Positions 1 through 10,343 of a stretch of DNA of 64,000 nt are shown piece after piece. The DNA is taken from contig MFPR01000028.1 in NCBI GenBank assembly GCA_001784175.1, forward strand, positions 163,955 through 227,954, given 5' to 3'. The stretch is from Candidatus Lindowbacteria bacterium RIFCSPLOWO2_12_FULL_62_27 (GTDB lineage Bacteria; Lindowbacteria; 2-12-FULL-62-27). Below the pieces are notes generated by a model that saw nothing but the letters and a program-made list of their open reading frames with translations, had not been told where the DNA came from and ran no database searches. The translations under genes were made by a program, and so were the position numbers. Positions within the stretch are counted from its first letter, which is position 1. The number at the start of each line of letters is the position of its first letter.

Positions 1-2
1 GT

Positions 3-266
3 GTCGCGGTGCTGGCGGAAGACGCGCCCGCCCAGGCGCCGGAGGATCGGTCCGGCGAGCCGCTCTTCGCGGAGTTTGTCGGCCCCACGTCGGTCGAATT
101 CGACACCGGCGAATCGCCTTTCCCGCCTACCGTCGTCCTCTACCGGTCCACCTTTGAGTCGGCCTGCCGGTCGAAATCAGAGCTTCGCGAAGAACTCTAC
201 CGCACCCTCGTTCACGAACTGGGACACTTCCTCGGATTCGACGAAGACGCCCTCGAGGACGTCTGA
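3..266 (+). CDS. Zincin-like metallopeptidase (5'-truncated by window)
   Basis: HExxH motif in 'TLVHELGHFLGFDED' and an 'VVLYR' strand typical of minimal zincins; frame is open from the window start. Confidence 0.8.
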   Translation, partial: VAVLAEDAPAQAPEDRSGEPLFAEFVGPTSVEFDTGESPFPPTVVLYRSTFESACRSKSELREELYRTLVHELGHFLGFDEDALEDV

Positions 267-289
267 CCGCCGTCCACCTCAAAACTCTT

Positions 290-318
290 TTGCAAATGCC
301 GCCCGCATTATATACCAT
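290..318 (+). promoter_or_regulatory. Sigma70-type promoter for tRNA-Leu
   Basis: TTGCAA(290-295)-17 bp-TACCAT(313-318) just upstream of the tRNA. Confidence 0.5.
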
Positions 319-336
319 CACCCGTAGTGATTGATC

Positions 337-419
337 GCCGGTGTGGCGGAACGGCAGACGCACCAGGTTCAGGGCCTGGCGGCCGCAAGGTCGTGGGGGT
401 TCAAATCCCTCCACCGGCA
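337..419 (+). tRNA. tRNA-Leu(CAG)
   Basis: Acceptor stem GCCGGTG/CACCGGC, anticodon arm CCAGG-TTCAGGG-CCTGG, long variable arm GGCCGCAAGGTC, T-loop GTTCAAATC; CCA not encoded. Confidence 0.96.
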
Positions 420-531
420 TACATGGATGTATCGTCCCTGTTGCCCCAGACTCAGGATTTTCCAGGGATGGAAAATCCCTCAACCCAAGCAACAGGGACA
501 TGCTGGATGATATATCGAAATCGATAATGCC

Positions 532-1932
532 ATGAAAAATCCATTTCTCAGAATGCTCTGCTCGCTGCTGTTGGTCGCTGGCCTGTCGCTTCGTGACGCC
601 GAAGCAACGGACACGCGCGTGATCCTGTTCATCGTCGACAGCGTCAGCGCGGACCTTCTCTACGAGATGCTCGCCGCGGGCGATCTGCCGAACATGGCGG
701 CGGCGTTGAAAGAGCGTGGCGTTCGCGTGGACGAGGCGATCGCGCCCTTTCCCACCATCTCGTTTTCGGCGCACGCGTGCATCCTGACCGGCTGTTTCTC
801 CGACCGCCACAACGTGCCGGCCATTCGATGGTACGACCACCGCACCGGGCACAGCCGGTCATACGCGGGATTCGGGTCCGAGCTGATCGACCGCGACATG
901 GATTCGGCTGTGCCGACGATTTTTGAATCCCTCGCGGACTTGCACACCGCCGCGATCGGCTCGGTCGTCCATCGCGGCGCGGACGAATATGTCCGGCCGT
1001 GGCTGCCGCCGGACGGGCTTCGCATGCGGAGTTTGCTCAAACGATTTCGCCGCGCCGACCCCCCGCGCCTCTCGGTCGTCGTCCTGACGGGCATCGACTG
1101 GCCCGCGCACCGGTATGGGCCAAAATCGGAATGGGTCCGGATCGATTTGCGCAAGCTCGACCGCCGCATGGGGGAGATGTTCGAACTCCTGCGGCGGCGG
1201 GGACTCGACCGAAGCACTTACGTTTTTTTTACGGCCGACCACGGCCACGCGCCGCGCGCCGGATATGTCGATCTCTACGCCCTCCTCACGCGGCTCGGGT
1301 TTGACCCTCTCGACAAATTCCTCTATACCGGCCGGACCGACGGATTCACGTCGTACGACGCCATTCTCTGGATGGCGGGTGTCGGCTACTCGTTTCTCTA
1401 TCTTCCCCATCGCACGGACACGGCGATCGACTGGCGGACCCGGCCCGGCGTTGAGATGCTTCGTTCGTATCCGGTGGGCGGCCGGCGGGTCGATCTGATC
1501 GGCGCTCTGACCGCCCGGACCGAAATTGCCTTTGTTGTTGTGCGCGATCCTCGCACAGGCAGGGTGCAGGCGTTTGACGCAAATGGCGCGATCGATCCCG
1601 CCAACGACCTCGCCGACTATCCGGACGCCGCTGTCCAGTTGCCGCGGCTGATGGCGGGCGCGCGCGCTCCGGACATTCTCGTCGTGACCCGCGATGGATA
1701 CGAAACCGCATGGAGCTGGCATCGCGGCCGGCATGGCGGCTACAGCCGCGAAGAAATCGTGGTCCCGCTCATCGTCTGGGGTCCCGGTGTAACCCCCGGC
1801 CGCATTGCCCGCGCGCGCACGATCGACATCGCGCCGACGATCCTCCGTTTGTTCGGACGATCCATCCCGCCGGGCATGGATGGCGTCCCGCTCGATCTTC
1901 AGATCGCCCCCCACCATGGTCGAGCGCCCTGA
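532..1932 (+). CDS. Secreted alkaline phosphatase superfamily / nucleotide pyrophosphatase-phosphodiesterase
   Basis: Signal peptide; motifs FIVDSV, PTIS (nucleophile), DWPAH, TADHG, GRHGG, DIAPT. Confidence 0.85.
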   Translation: MKNPFLRMLCSLLLVAGLSLRDAEATDTRVILFIVDSVSADLLYEMLAAGDLPNMAAALKERGVRVDEAIAPFPTISFSAHACILTGCFSDRHNVPAIRWYDHRTGHSRSYAGFGSELIDRDMDSAVPTIFESLADLHTAAIGSVVHRGADEYVRPWLPPDGLRMRSLLKRFRRADPPRLSVVVLTGIDWPAHRYGPKSEWVRIDLRKLDRRMGEMFELLRRRGLDRSTYVFFTADHGHAPRAGYVDLYALLTRLGFDPLDKFLYTGRTDGFTSYDAILWMAGVGYSFLYLPHRTDTAIDWRTRPGVEMLRSYPVGGRRVDLIGALTARTEIAFVVVRDPRTGRVQAFDANGAIDPANDLADYPDAAVQLPRLMAGARAPDILVVTRDGYETAWSWHRGRHGGYSREEIVVPLIVWGPGVTPGRIARARTIDIAPTILRLFGRSIPPGMDGVPLDLQIAPHHGRAP

Positions 1933-2191
1933 TCTCGACGCCGAAACGCGCACGGCCCTCATCCGCAAGGGCAACGAGTACATGAACCGCGGGGAACTCG
2001 ACTTGGCCGAGCGCATCTTCCTGACGGCCGGCTACAGCGACGGCATCCGCAGGTTGGCGGATTATCACTTCCGAAAAAAGAAAAACGTCCGAAAGGCCCT
2101 CGAACTCTACCGCGCCATCGGCGGCAAGGAGGAGGAGGCCCTCTACGAACTCATCGCGATGGGCATCAAGCGGCTGCTCGCAGAAAACTGA
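1916..2191 (+). CDS. Small helical (TPR-like) hypothetical protein
   Basis: ATG at 1916 overlaps the upstream gene end; 'LIRKGNEYMNRGELDLAERIF' is TPR-like; typical codon usage. Confidence 0.65.
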   Translation: MVERPDLDAETRTALIRKGNEYMNRGELDLAERIFLTAGYSDGIRRLADYHFRKKKNVRKALELYRAIGGKEEEALYELIAMGIKRLLAEN

Positions 2192-2193
2192 GA

Positions 2194-3282
2194 CTAACCC
2201 CACACTTCCCCGACGACCTTCTCCATCTCCTCCCTCTGCCCCGCCATCGACTCGTAGAGGAACAGGCATCCCTTCGCTCGCGCAAGATTGTGCGCCGGCC
2301 GGGACGCGAATCGCGCCGCGTCCCAGCCGAAGTAGCGGTCTTCCAGCGCGTCTCTCAAAAAACGCGACGCCAGCTCCAGCGTGATCAGCCGGCACGACGG
2401 CGCGATCAGCGGCCGTTCGGCGCCGCTAAGCGGTGCGTCCGACTGACGGTACCCCTCGCAAAACGCGCGGAACCGGTCGGCCAGAAACGGCGTCGCTTGA
2501 TCCTCCGGCCCCTCACGGCACCACGATCGGACGGCGTCGCCGATGTCGACCAGGACCGTGTGCCGCGCGCACGAGTCAAGATCGATCAGCCCGACGGCCC
2601 GGCCGGTCGCGGGATCAAAGAGCACGTTGCTGATTTTCGGATCCCCGTGCACTACCCGGCTCGCCCAAGGGGTCGGCAGAAAATGCCGCGGTAGATCGGT
2701 CGAGACCTTCTCCGCAAGCGGACCGACCTCGCCCATCATCGGATGATTGCGAAACTGCCGCAGCGCGGATTGCAAGAACTCCAAATGTTTCGGCGAATCA
2801 TGAAGTGGCCGGCCCGCTTGGAACTCGTACCGGAAATCCGCCATCGCGGTGTGGAAACTTCCCAGCATGAGCGCGGCCTCCTTGACCATCCGGGTGTTCT
2901 TCACACAGTCGTATGATTCGCCTTTCAAAAACGTTGTCAGCCGGTATCGGTCGCCCCGAACGTCCGCCGAAGGGTTTCCTTCGCCCGTCAGAATCAGCCG
3001 GGGCGCCGGAAAGGATTGGTCCGCCAGATGGGCGGTGACGGCCTGATAATCACGCAGATTTGAATCGGAAGAAAGATCCGGATGCAGGCGCTGCACGATA
3101 TACATGCCCGTGGCGCTTTCCACCCGATACGTGCCATGAATCAGGCCCATCGGGATATGTTCGACCCCGACCCTGTCCCCGATCGGATAGTGCGTCAGCG
3201 CCTGCTCGACTTGTTTCGCCCGCTCTGCATCATCCCGATCCTGCATCCTCTGAAGCGTAGGAGCGTCCGGCCGCATCGTCAA
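2194..3282 (-). CDS. Aminoglycoside phosphotransferase-family kinase (N-acetylhexosamine kinase-like)
   Basis: Brenner motif HGDPKISN, IDLD, DIGDAVRS. Confidence 0.85.
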   Translation of the reverse strand: MTMRPDAPTLQRMQDRDDAERAKQVEQALTHYPIGDRVGVEHIPMGLIHGTYRVESATGMYIVQRLHPDLSSDSNLRDYQAVTAHLADQSFPAPRLILTGEGNPSADVRGDRYRLTTFLKGESYDCVKNTRMVKEAALMLGSFHTAMADFRYEFQAGRPLHDSPKHLEFLQSALRQFRNHPMMGEVGPLAEKVSTDLPRHFLPTPWASRVVHGDPKISNVLFDPATGRAVGLIDLDSCARHTVLVDIGDAVRSWCREGPEDQATPFLADRFRAFCEGYRQSDAPLSGAERPLIAPSCRLITLELASRFLRDALEDRYFGWDAARFASRPAHNLARAKGCLFLYESMAGQREEMEKVVGEVWG

Positions 3283-3331
3283 GCGCTCAATTTTTATGTG
3301 CGTCTGAAAACATTTGTGGTACGCTAAGGCG

Positions 3332-6316
3332 ATGGCTCAGCATCCGGGGTGGGGGCGCTGCCCTGTCGCAGTTGCAGGACTCATATTGGGGGCTCTCTTG
3401 TTCAGAAGCGGGCCGGCCGCCGCCGAACCGATCGGCGCGATGTCCCGGTATCAGATGGGACTCGAGGCCGAGCGGGGCGGCAATCTCGATGCGGCGCTGC
3501 AGCTCTATCAGGAGGCCGTGCAGATCGGCGGGGATGAGCGGGCCACCGTCGACGCGCTGACGCGCATCGCGCACATCCAGATGCTGCGGCGCGCCGACGC
3601 CGACGCCGAAAAGGCCATCCTCGGCGCGCTCGAACGCGACCCCCAGCATTCGGAAGCCCGCCTCGCGCAGGCCCGCCTCTGGCTCCTTCAGGACAAACCG
3701 CGACTGGCCATTCGGAATTTCGAAGACCTCTCCAAACGGGAACCGGTCGCGCTTCCCTCCCTCCTCGGCCTGATCGAAGCTGCCCTCGTACGCAACGATG
3801 AAAAACTCTTCAAACTGTCCCGGACCCGCCTCGTGGCATGGATCGGTCAGCGGTCGGAATTCCGCCAGAAGGCGGCGATCCAGGCGCGCGGCGATGCTGA
3901 ATTCTTCGCGGCGGCCGACAAACCCGATCTCGCCCTCCAACTGGCCGAACTCTCATTCTCAATCGATCCATCCGGGTCCTCGAAACAGTTTCTCGCACAG
4001 ACCCTTTACCAGGCCAACCAGCTCGACGATGCGGCGCAGATGTATCAGGAACTCCTCCCGGATCCGGAATTGCGGGAGTGGGCGCAGATCATGCTCAAGC
4101 AGATCGAAGTCCAGCGCGGGGAACTGCAGCTCGGAACCAAACGGGCCAGACTCCGCGAACTTCAGGCGCGCGCCCGGGAGGCGGAAATCGAAGGCCGGCT
4201 TCCGGACGCGATTTCCATCCATGAGGAAATCATCTCGTTCGGCAAGGGGGTCTTTGATGTGGAAGTCCGGGATGCGGAGGCCAGGCTGGGGTCATTGCAA
4301 AAACGGCATGTCGAAAAAACCGCAACGGACGCGCGCGTTCAGGCGTCGGAACTCATGCGAACTGCCCGGCACCGCGAGGCCGCGGAGATTCTGAAACGCG
4401 CGAGGTCCGTCGTCGGGACCGACCTGGTCCTCGACGGCATGCGGGCCGACGCGCTCCTCAAGTCTTCCGATGAGTTGCGCGCGGCGGAGAAGGAATCGGC
4501 GTTGCGGGAAATTCTCGAGATCGAGGCCGGACTGGAAGCGGCGGCGTCGGCGCTGCGGTCCGACGTCCTCGCACAGACCCATGCACAACTGGCGCGCATC
4601 CTGGAATCGAAACGTCTGTGGGCCGAAGCCGCGGAGCATTATCGCAAAGCCCTGGAGATGTCCCCGGGCCTTCCCGGCGTCTCCCGCCGCCTGATGACGG
4701 CGCGCCTGCGGGCCAACCTGCCGCGTCTCTTGATGATCGGCGCCGTTCTCGCCGTCGCCGCCGGCATCCTCTATTTCCGCCGGCCCAAATTCTATCACAG
4801 CGCCCTGGCGTACCTCCGGTATCAAATCGCCGTCCGCCAAAACAACCGCGAGGGTGAATATCACGCCCTGACGGCGCTCGCAGCCCTTCGCCCGCACCGC
4901 ATCGACTGGCGCCGGCGGCTCGCCGCGCTGGCGCTGGAAAAAGGCGACCAGGAGGTCTGCCTCTATCTGCACGAACAGCTTCGGAGAGAGCGGAGTCTGG
5001 ACCTGAAGGGAATGTTGAACCTGTATGACATCTATGAGCAGCGGCGGGAGGCCGGCAAATTGTATGATCTCATCCTCGAAATGATCAAGGAATCTCCCGC
5101 CGAGCCTGTCCGGTCCAGAATTCTCGAAACCAAATTCCGCCTCGAGATGGAGTCGCAAAAATCCAACGACGCGTTCCTGACCGGCCGCGACTTGATGGCG
5201 GCGAAACCCTCCGCATGGGTGGCCGAACAGATGGTGAAATTGATTCGGACACGGTCCGCCGAGCCGGATCTTCGCATGTTGCTTTCGACCTACCGCGTCT
5301 GGCTGCGCCTCCAGCCTGCGGCCGCCGACCGGATCATCGGCCAGGCGGAGGAGATTCTGCGGAAGGCCGCATCCGACCCGCCGGCTGCACCGGCAGAACC
5401 GGCCCGGCAGGATGTCCAGCCGCTCACGCAGTTTGTCCTCGACGCGCTGCAGAAAAGCGGGGATTTGAAACGCGCGGCGGATCTGCTCGAGTTCGTCCGT
5501 TTGTCGGAGAAGGACCCGGTGACGACGTTGCGCACGCTCCTCAAACTCTACTCGGCCCTCGGCGATCCGGAGGCGGTCTTTCGGACGACCGGCCTTATGC
5601 ATGAGGCGTCCCCGTCCAATTTCGATTTCGGGATGAATTACGCGCAGCTCCTCGAGAAACGCGGCGACCAGGCGCGCGTCGAATCCGTCCTCCTGACCCT
5701 CCTGCCGCACCATCCCAACAGTGTCGAGCTGGTCCGTGCATTGACGGACCGCGCCCGGGCCCTCTACGAATCCGACCGGCCCGAAGATCCGGAGCGGGCC
5801 ATCGAGCTTCTCCGCGGCATTCTCGGCCGGACGTTTCTCGACAACAAGGAAATCCGGCTGCTGCTCGCACGCTGCCTCTTGAAAAACGATCGCGCGGATG
5901 AGGCCATCGCGATCCTCCAGGCGGTCGAAGGCGGCGGATACCCGCGCCTCCGGGCCCAGGCGGTCGCGGCGGAGGCGTTTCTTCGTAAAAATCAGCCGGG
6001 GCTCGCCGTCGATATCCTGTCCAAAGTCAATTTCCAGGATCCGCAGATCACGGAGGATCTCTTCAAGGAAATGCGATACCTCCAGTCGTTGGCCCTCGAG
6101 GCCGAAAACCGTCTCGAAGAGGCTGCGGCCATTCTCGACGAACTCATCCTTCGCGACATCACGTTCAGGGACGTGAAGGCCAGACACGAGCGGCTCGCGC
6201 CGGTCCGCCGGCCTCAGCCAAAGGAAGAGTGCCCGGCCTGTGGTAAATCCAGCCCCGCGGGGTCGCGCTTCTGCACCTCGTGCGGCGCGCCCCTCGGCGT
6301 GGACTCCACCGGTTGA
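3332..6316 (+). CDS. Large TPR membrane protein with C-terminal zinc ribbon
   Basis: Signal peptide, many TPR-like helices, central TM helix (LLMIGAVLAVAAGILYF), CPACG..FCTSCG at the end. Confidence 0.8.
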   Translation: MAQHPGWGRCPVAVAGLILGALLFRSGPAAAEPIGAMSRYQMGLEAERGGNLDAALQLYQEAVQIGGDERATVDALTRIAHIQMLRRADADAEKAILGALERDPQHSEARLAQARLWLLQDKPRLAIRNFEDLSKREPVALPSLLGLIEAALVRNDEKLFKLSRTRLVAWIGQRSEFRQKAAIQARGDAEFFAAADKPDLALQLAELSFSIDPSGSSKQFLAQTLYQANQLDDAAQMYQELLPDPELREWAQIMLKQIEVQRGELQLGTKRARLRELQARAREAEIEGRLPDAISIHEEIISFGKGVFDVEVRDAEARLGSLQKRHVEKTATDARVQASELMRTARHREAAEILKRARSVVGTDLVLDGMRADALLKSSDELRAAEKESALREILEIEAGLEAAASALRSDVLAQTHAQLARILESKRLWAEAAEHYRKALEMSPGLPGVSRRLMTARLRANLPRLLMIGAVLAVAAGILYFRRPKFYHSALAYLRYQIAVRQNNREGEYHALTALAALRPHRIDWRRRLAALALEKGDQEVCLYLHEQLRRERSLDLKGMLNLYDIYEQRREAGKLYDLILEMIKESPAEPVRSRILETKFRLEMESQKSNDAFLTGRDLMAAKPSAWVAEQMVKLIRTRSAEPDLRMLLSTYRVWLRLQPAAADRIIGQAEEILRKAASDPPAAPAEPARQDVQPLTQFVLDALQKSGDLKRAADLLEFVRLSEKDPVTTLRTLLKLYSALGDPEAVFRTTGLMHEASPSNFDFGMNYAQLLEKRGDQARVESVLLTLLPHHPNSVELVRALTDRARALYESDRPEDPERAIELLRGILGRTFLDNKEIRLLLARCLLKNDRADEAIAILQAVEGGGYPRLRAQAVAAEAFLRKNQPGLAVDILSKVNFQDPQITEDLFKEMRYLQSLALEAENRLEEAAAILDELILRDITFRDVKARHERLAPVRRPQPKEECPACGKSSPAGSRFCTSCGAPLGVDSTG

Positions 6317-6374
6317 CTGTGAACGCTCCCGCGCTTACACTCGGCCGGTGTCTATCTCGGAAGAGGTGTGGACC

Positions 6375-6890
6375 ATGAGCATTCCTGTTCGGCGTTTCGC
6401 CGCGGCCGCCGCCTGCCTCCTGATCGGCTGCACCCCGGAGTCCAGAAACTTGACGGTCCCCGAAGGACTGCGGCAGATTCACGTGCGAACATTTGAAAAC
6501 AACACCTACGAACTGGGCATCGAAGATCTGGTCACGCATAAAACAGTGGAAGCGCTCCTCAAGGACGCCCAGGTGGCGGTGGTCGAGGAGGCCCATGCCA
6601 ACGCCGTTCTGCGCGGGAAAGTCCAAAAGTACATCCGGGAACCGATCGCATTTGACCAGAACAACGTCGCAACGCTCTACCGCGTGTATCTGGTCGTCCA
6701 GGCGGAACTCTACGACCAGAAAACCCAACAGAGTTTCTGGGTCGAGCCGCTCATCGATCATCAGACAACCTATTCCCCCATCTCCCCGCCGATCGAGACC
6801 GAGGCGATGGCCAAGGAACGGCTGGCAGGACTCGTGGCCACAGATCTTTTGACCCGGGTCACCCAGGGCTGGATCAATCTGAAAAAATAA
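6375..6890 (+). CDS. lptE: LPS assembly lipoprotein LptE family
   Basis: Lipobox LLIGC; 'IHVRTFENNT..GIE' pattern; directly upstream of holA. Confidence 0.75.
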   Translation: MSIPVRRFAAAAACLLIGCTPESRNLTVPEGLRQIHVRTFENNTYELGIEDLVTHKTVEALLKDAQVAVVEEAHANAVLRGKVQKYIREPIAFDQNNVATLYRVYLVVQAELYDQKTQQSFWVEPLIDHQTTYSPISPPIETEAMAKERLAGLVATDLLTRVTQGWINLKK

Positions 6891-6911
6891 TCCCGACGCC
6901 CCGCGGATCGC

Positions 6912-8021
6912 ATGGCTCCCTCAGCAAAAACCCCCATTCCCGTCGTCGCCGTCCGGCCGGACAAGGCCGTTCAGATGGTCACGTCCGGCGGCCGCCAGCC
7001 CCGTTCGTGGCCGGCCTGGATCATGATCCGATGGGAGGAATCATTTCTCTTTAAACGGCTACTCGATCAGCTCTGGGCCGGCCTCGGCAATCTGGATCAG
7101 GGCGCCGAACGCGTGGTGCTCCATGTCAAGGATTCCGCGTCGGCGCAGGCGTTCTTCCGCGAAATATCGTCCTCGTCCCTGCTCGCCGAAACACGTCTCG
7201 TCATCGCACACGTGTCACGGCCCATCAGGCGCTTCATCGATCTGGACGTGTTCGGTAGAGAACTCCTGACGGCCTCCGAACGGACATTGCCCGTTCTCGC
7301 CGTCGAGGGAATGGCGAAACTCGATGAGGAAAGTGCGCGCCTCGCCCTCGCGTCCGCCGGATGCGGCCGGAAGGGAATGGAGATCGCGGTGTGGCGCCCC
7401 TATGATCGGGACCGGGCGCTCGACATCGCCCGGGAAATTATCGGCGTGTGCGGCGTGCGGGCCGATGACCTGACCCTGAATTTCTGGCTGGACCGGCTCG
7501 GCTCCAATCTGGATCGCCTTCAGTCGGAGGCCCGGCGGATGAAGATTCTGTTGCAGAACGATGAAGTGACTCAGGAGCGTCTGGAGGAGGTTTTCGAGGT
7601 CCCGCACGTCCATGACGAAACCGTCTGGGACATCCTGCGTCATGTCCTGGACGGCGACGGCTCGAAGGCGGCGGCGCACCTCAAGGCGTTCCTGCAATCG
7701 ACCGACGCGTTCCTGGCCGCCTCGGAGCTGACAAGAATCCTTCTCTGCCTGCAGGCGCTGTCCTTGGCGGCGCGGGAGGGCGCCTCGGCGACGCCGGCTG
7801 AAACATTCCTGCGATTCGAAATGAAAGGAAAACGTCGTCAGGATAAACTGCTCGGATTGGCGTCCCGCTTCGACGGCTCGTCCCTTCCGATCCACGACCT
7901 CGCGTCGCGGCTTCTCGCGCTCGATCTTGCCGTCAAGCAATCAAAAACGGCCGGCGCGCGTCAGGAAGTCGTGGTGCGGACGTTTCTGGCGCTATGCCGC
8001 GAGCCGCAGCCGGCGGCTTAG
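6912..8021 (+). CDS. holA: DNA polymerase III delta subunit (divergent)
   Basis: Size and clamp-loader-like segments (SSSLLAETRLVI, LQSEARRMKI, LDLAVKQS); lptE-holA-rpsT synteny. Confidence 0.7.
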   Translation: MAPSAKTPIPVVAVRPDKAVQMVTSGGRQPRSWPAWIMIRWEESFLFKRLLDQLWAGLGNLDQGAERVVLHVKDSASAQAFFREISSSSLLAETRLVIAHVSRPIRRFIDLDVFGRELLTASERTLPVLAVEGMAKLDEESARLALASAGCGRKGMEIAVWRPYDRDRALDIAREIIGVCGVRADDLTLNFWLDRLGSNLDRLQSEARRMKILLQNDEVTQERLEEVFEVPHVHDETVWDILRHVLDGDGSKAAAHLKAFLQSTDAFLAASELTRILLCLQALSLAAREGASATPAETFLRFEMKGKRRQDKLLGLASRFDGSSLPIHDLASRLLALDLAVKQSKTAGARQEVVVRTFLALCREPQPAA

Positions 8022-8255
8022 GCGCGCGATTTTTCGGGCCGCCGTGTTTTTGTGAATGACGCGGCGCTTGGCCGCCTTGTCGACTGCGCTCTGCATCTCT
8101 CTCAACGCATTCGTCGCTTCTTCCCGGTTCTTCGCCTTGAGCGATTCCAGCACCTTGCGCGTCAGCGTGTGAATTCTCGTTCGGTAGCGCCGGTTGTCCG
8201 CGTAGCGCCGCACGTCCTGCCGCGCTTTCTTGATCGACGATTTAATGTTCGGCAC
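7992..8255 (-). CDS. rpsT: 30S ribosomal protein S20
   Basis: MPNIKSSIKKARQ..DKAAKRRVIHKNTAARK; RBS AAGGAGG. Confidence 0.97.
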   Translation of the reverse strand: MPNIKSSIKKARQDVRRYADNRRYRTRIHTLTRKVLESLKAKNREEATNALREMQSAVDKAAKRRVIHKNTAARKIARLSRRLRLAA

Positions 8256-8276
8256 GTGCTCACCTCCTTGGCGCGC

Positions 8277-8305
8277 ACTCTATCTTCCGCGCACCCCACC
8301 GTCAA
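8277..8305 (-). promoter_or_regulatory. Sigma70-type promoter for rpsT
   Basis: Minus strand TTGACG-17 bp-TAGAGT upstream of the rpsT RBS. Confidence 0.5.
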
Positions 8306-8315
8306 CCGGCGATGG

Positions 8316-10337
8316 GTGGCCTGGGCGGTCGGCGTTGGAATGGCCCTCTCTATTGCAACGCCCTGCGCCGCAAGAGAAATGGGACTGATCAAGCTTCGCA
8401 GTTCCGGGGCGGTCGATATGTCCTTCGACGAGGGTCGCAGGCTGGTCAGGTTTGGTGACAGCGTGGCGTTCGATTACGGCGCCTACGACCTCGTCGCCGG
8501 CCGATTGACCCTGGATGAGGCGGTGGGCCGGGCCTGGGCCGAAGGAGACGTGAAGCTGTCCGGCCCCGCCGGCCGGGCCCGCGCGACGAAAGTGTGGCTG
8601 GACCTGGCGACCGAACGGATCGTGCTGGAGGACTTGGAGGCGAACGTGGGGCTCTGGTCGGCGCGCGCGAAAAACGCGGAGATCCTCGGAGATCGCATCG
8701 TTCTGAATCATGCGCTTGTCACCCTCTGCCCGGCGCCCCACCCCCTCTACTCCCTGCGCGTGCGCCGGATGTCGAAAGAGTCCCGGACACGGTACGTCGC
8801 GCATGGCGTTGTCCCTTATTTCTACTTCGTGCCGTTTTTTTATCTCCCTTGGTACACCTATGAGCTCGAGGAAACGGAGGAGGGCGGACCGCTGGTGCCC
8901 AGCCGGCAGGGATTCGAATTCAATCCGGGCCGGGGAAATTTCACCGGTCTGTTTGTCAAAACCTCCTGGCGGAAAAAATTCTTCGACCGCCAGCTCCTCT
9001 CCGTCAGCAGGCTTGATTACTATTCCAAACCCGGGCTCGCGCTCGGCCAGGAGATGCATTTCAAGTCCAGGACGGCGGAACATTTCACGTTCCTCTATTA
9101 CATCCGCCAGCGCGTCATCAACCGGAACAACTTCTCCCGCGCCGACGGCCGCGACTCGCGCTGGAGGCTGTGGCAGGTCTGGAATAAGAATTTTTCGTTC
9201 GGGCATTTCAAATCCTTTGTCAACGAGGTTTCCGACAGCCATCTCGAAGACGATTATCGCTTCAATCTGGATGAACGCAGGCTGCCGGAACGGGAGATCA
9301 ACGCCGAATTCGTCTATGACCGGCCGCAGTTCAGAATGAAAGTTCTTGGCGAAAGACTGCGGACGCTGAATCTCCACGGCGCGGAGGAATACCGGGTCGA
9401 GCGGCGCCGGGCCCCGGCGCTCCGCTTCCTGACCTTTCCGTTTCTCATCCTTTCCGGAAACGCCGCCCCGGACCGGCGGGGCTGGGCCTTCTACGGTCAG
9501 GCGGAAGGACTTGGGGGAAGGGGCCGCGACCGGTTCGACCGGCCGGACGGGGCGTTCGGCGACGGCCGGATGGCGGCGCTCTTCAGCGTTCCGCTCACCG
9601 CCGCGCTCTCGGCAACCTCCGAACTCGGCGCTCAAACAGAATTTCGCCGCAACCGGATCGCCGGCGAGTCCTCCTCCACGACGCCGGCGGGAAATTTCCG
9701 CCTGACCCTTCACCGGCCCTGGTGGGGCGGCGATATTCAGAGCGACGCGGGCTTCACCTACCGGAGGGCCTTCGCCAATAAATCCGTTTATTCCTCCGGC
9801 GGCGTCATCGAGGATCTCCTCTTCGTCTCGCTTCGCCGGTTCCGCCCTCGCTGGAAAACGTCCCTCGACGCCGGGTATGACTTTCGCCCGGCCCTCCGCG
9901 GGCTCTCGACAGTCGATTTCCAGACGCGCTGGGGAGACGACCGCCGTGAGGTTTCATCGATCGTCCGCTACGATCCTCAAAAATCGAGGACCCAGAGCGT
10001 TTACACAAATGCCTGGTTCAAGATCGGTGACGTACTTCACGCCGGAATGGGATTCCAGACCGTCCAGACGGATACGGAAATTCAGGTGCAATTCACGCCC
10101 ACGGCCACATTCGAAACCCCCGGAAAAAAATACCGGATTGGCCTGAACGCCTTCTATGACGCCAAACTCAAAAAATGGCGCACGACGGACCTCCGCCTCG
10201 GCCGGACGTTCGATTGCGTCGAAATCACGCTCAGACTCTCCAAACGCGACAACGACTTCAGATTCTCCTTCAGCTTCGACCTCGCCGGATTCGGCCAGCC
10301 ACAGGACCTCTTCAGACAGGAGGACGCCCTTAAATAA
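8316..10337 (+). CDS. lptD: LPS assembly protein LptD-like outer-membrane barrel (start uncertain)
   Basis: OstA-like N-terminus (AEGDVKL, LCPAPHPLY), amphipathic beta strands, near lptE and lptF. Confidence 0.7.
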   Translation: MAWAVGVGMALSIATPCAAREMGLIKLRSSGAVDMSFDEGRRLVRFGDSVAFDYGAYDLVAGRLTLDEAVGRAWAEGDVKLSGPAGRARATKVWLDLATERIVLEDLEANVGLWSARAKNAEILGDRIVLNHALVTLCPAPHPLYSLRVRRMSKESRTRYVAHGVVPYFYFVPFFYLPWYTYELEETEEGGPLVPSRQGFEFNPGRGNFTGLFVKTSWRKKFFDRQLLSVSRLDYYSKPGLALGQEMHFKSRTAEHFTFLYYIRQRVINRNNFSRADGRDSRWRLWQVWNKNFSFGHFKSFVNEVSDSHLEDDYRFNLDERRLPEREINAEFVYDRPQFRMKVLGERLRTLNLHGAEEYRVERRRAPALRFLTFPFLILSGNAAPDRRGWAFYGQAEGLGGRGRDRFDRPDGAFGDGRMAALFSVPLTAALSATSELGAQTEFRRNRIAGESSSTTPAGNFRLTLHRPWWGGDIQSDAGFTYRRAFANKSVYSSGGVIEDLLFVSLRRFRPRWKTSLDAGYDFRPALRGLSTVDFQTRWGDDRREVSSIVRYDPQKSRTQSVYTNAWFKIGDVLHAGMGFQTVQTDTEIQVQFTPTATFETPGKKYRIGLNAFYDAKLKKWRTTDLRLGRTFDCVEITLRLSKRDNDFRFSFSFDLAGFGQPQDLFRQEDALK

Positions 10338-10343
10338 ACGGCG

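Noticed and set aside
4292-6187. Long antisense ORFs (also 25361-27412, 33507-35513, 38963-41161, 49523-51838 and others)
   Set aside because: Shadow frames of real genes, expected in high-GC DNA.
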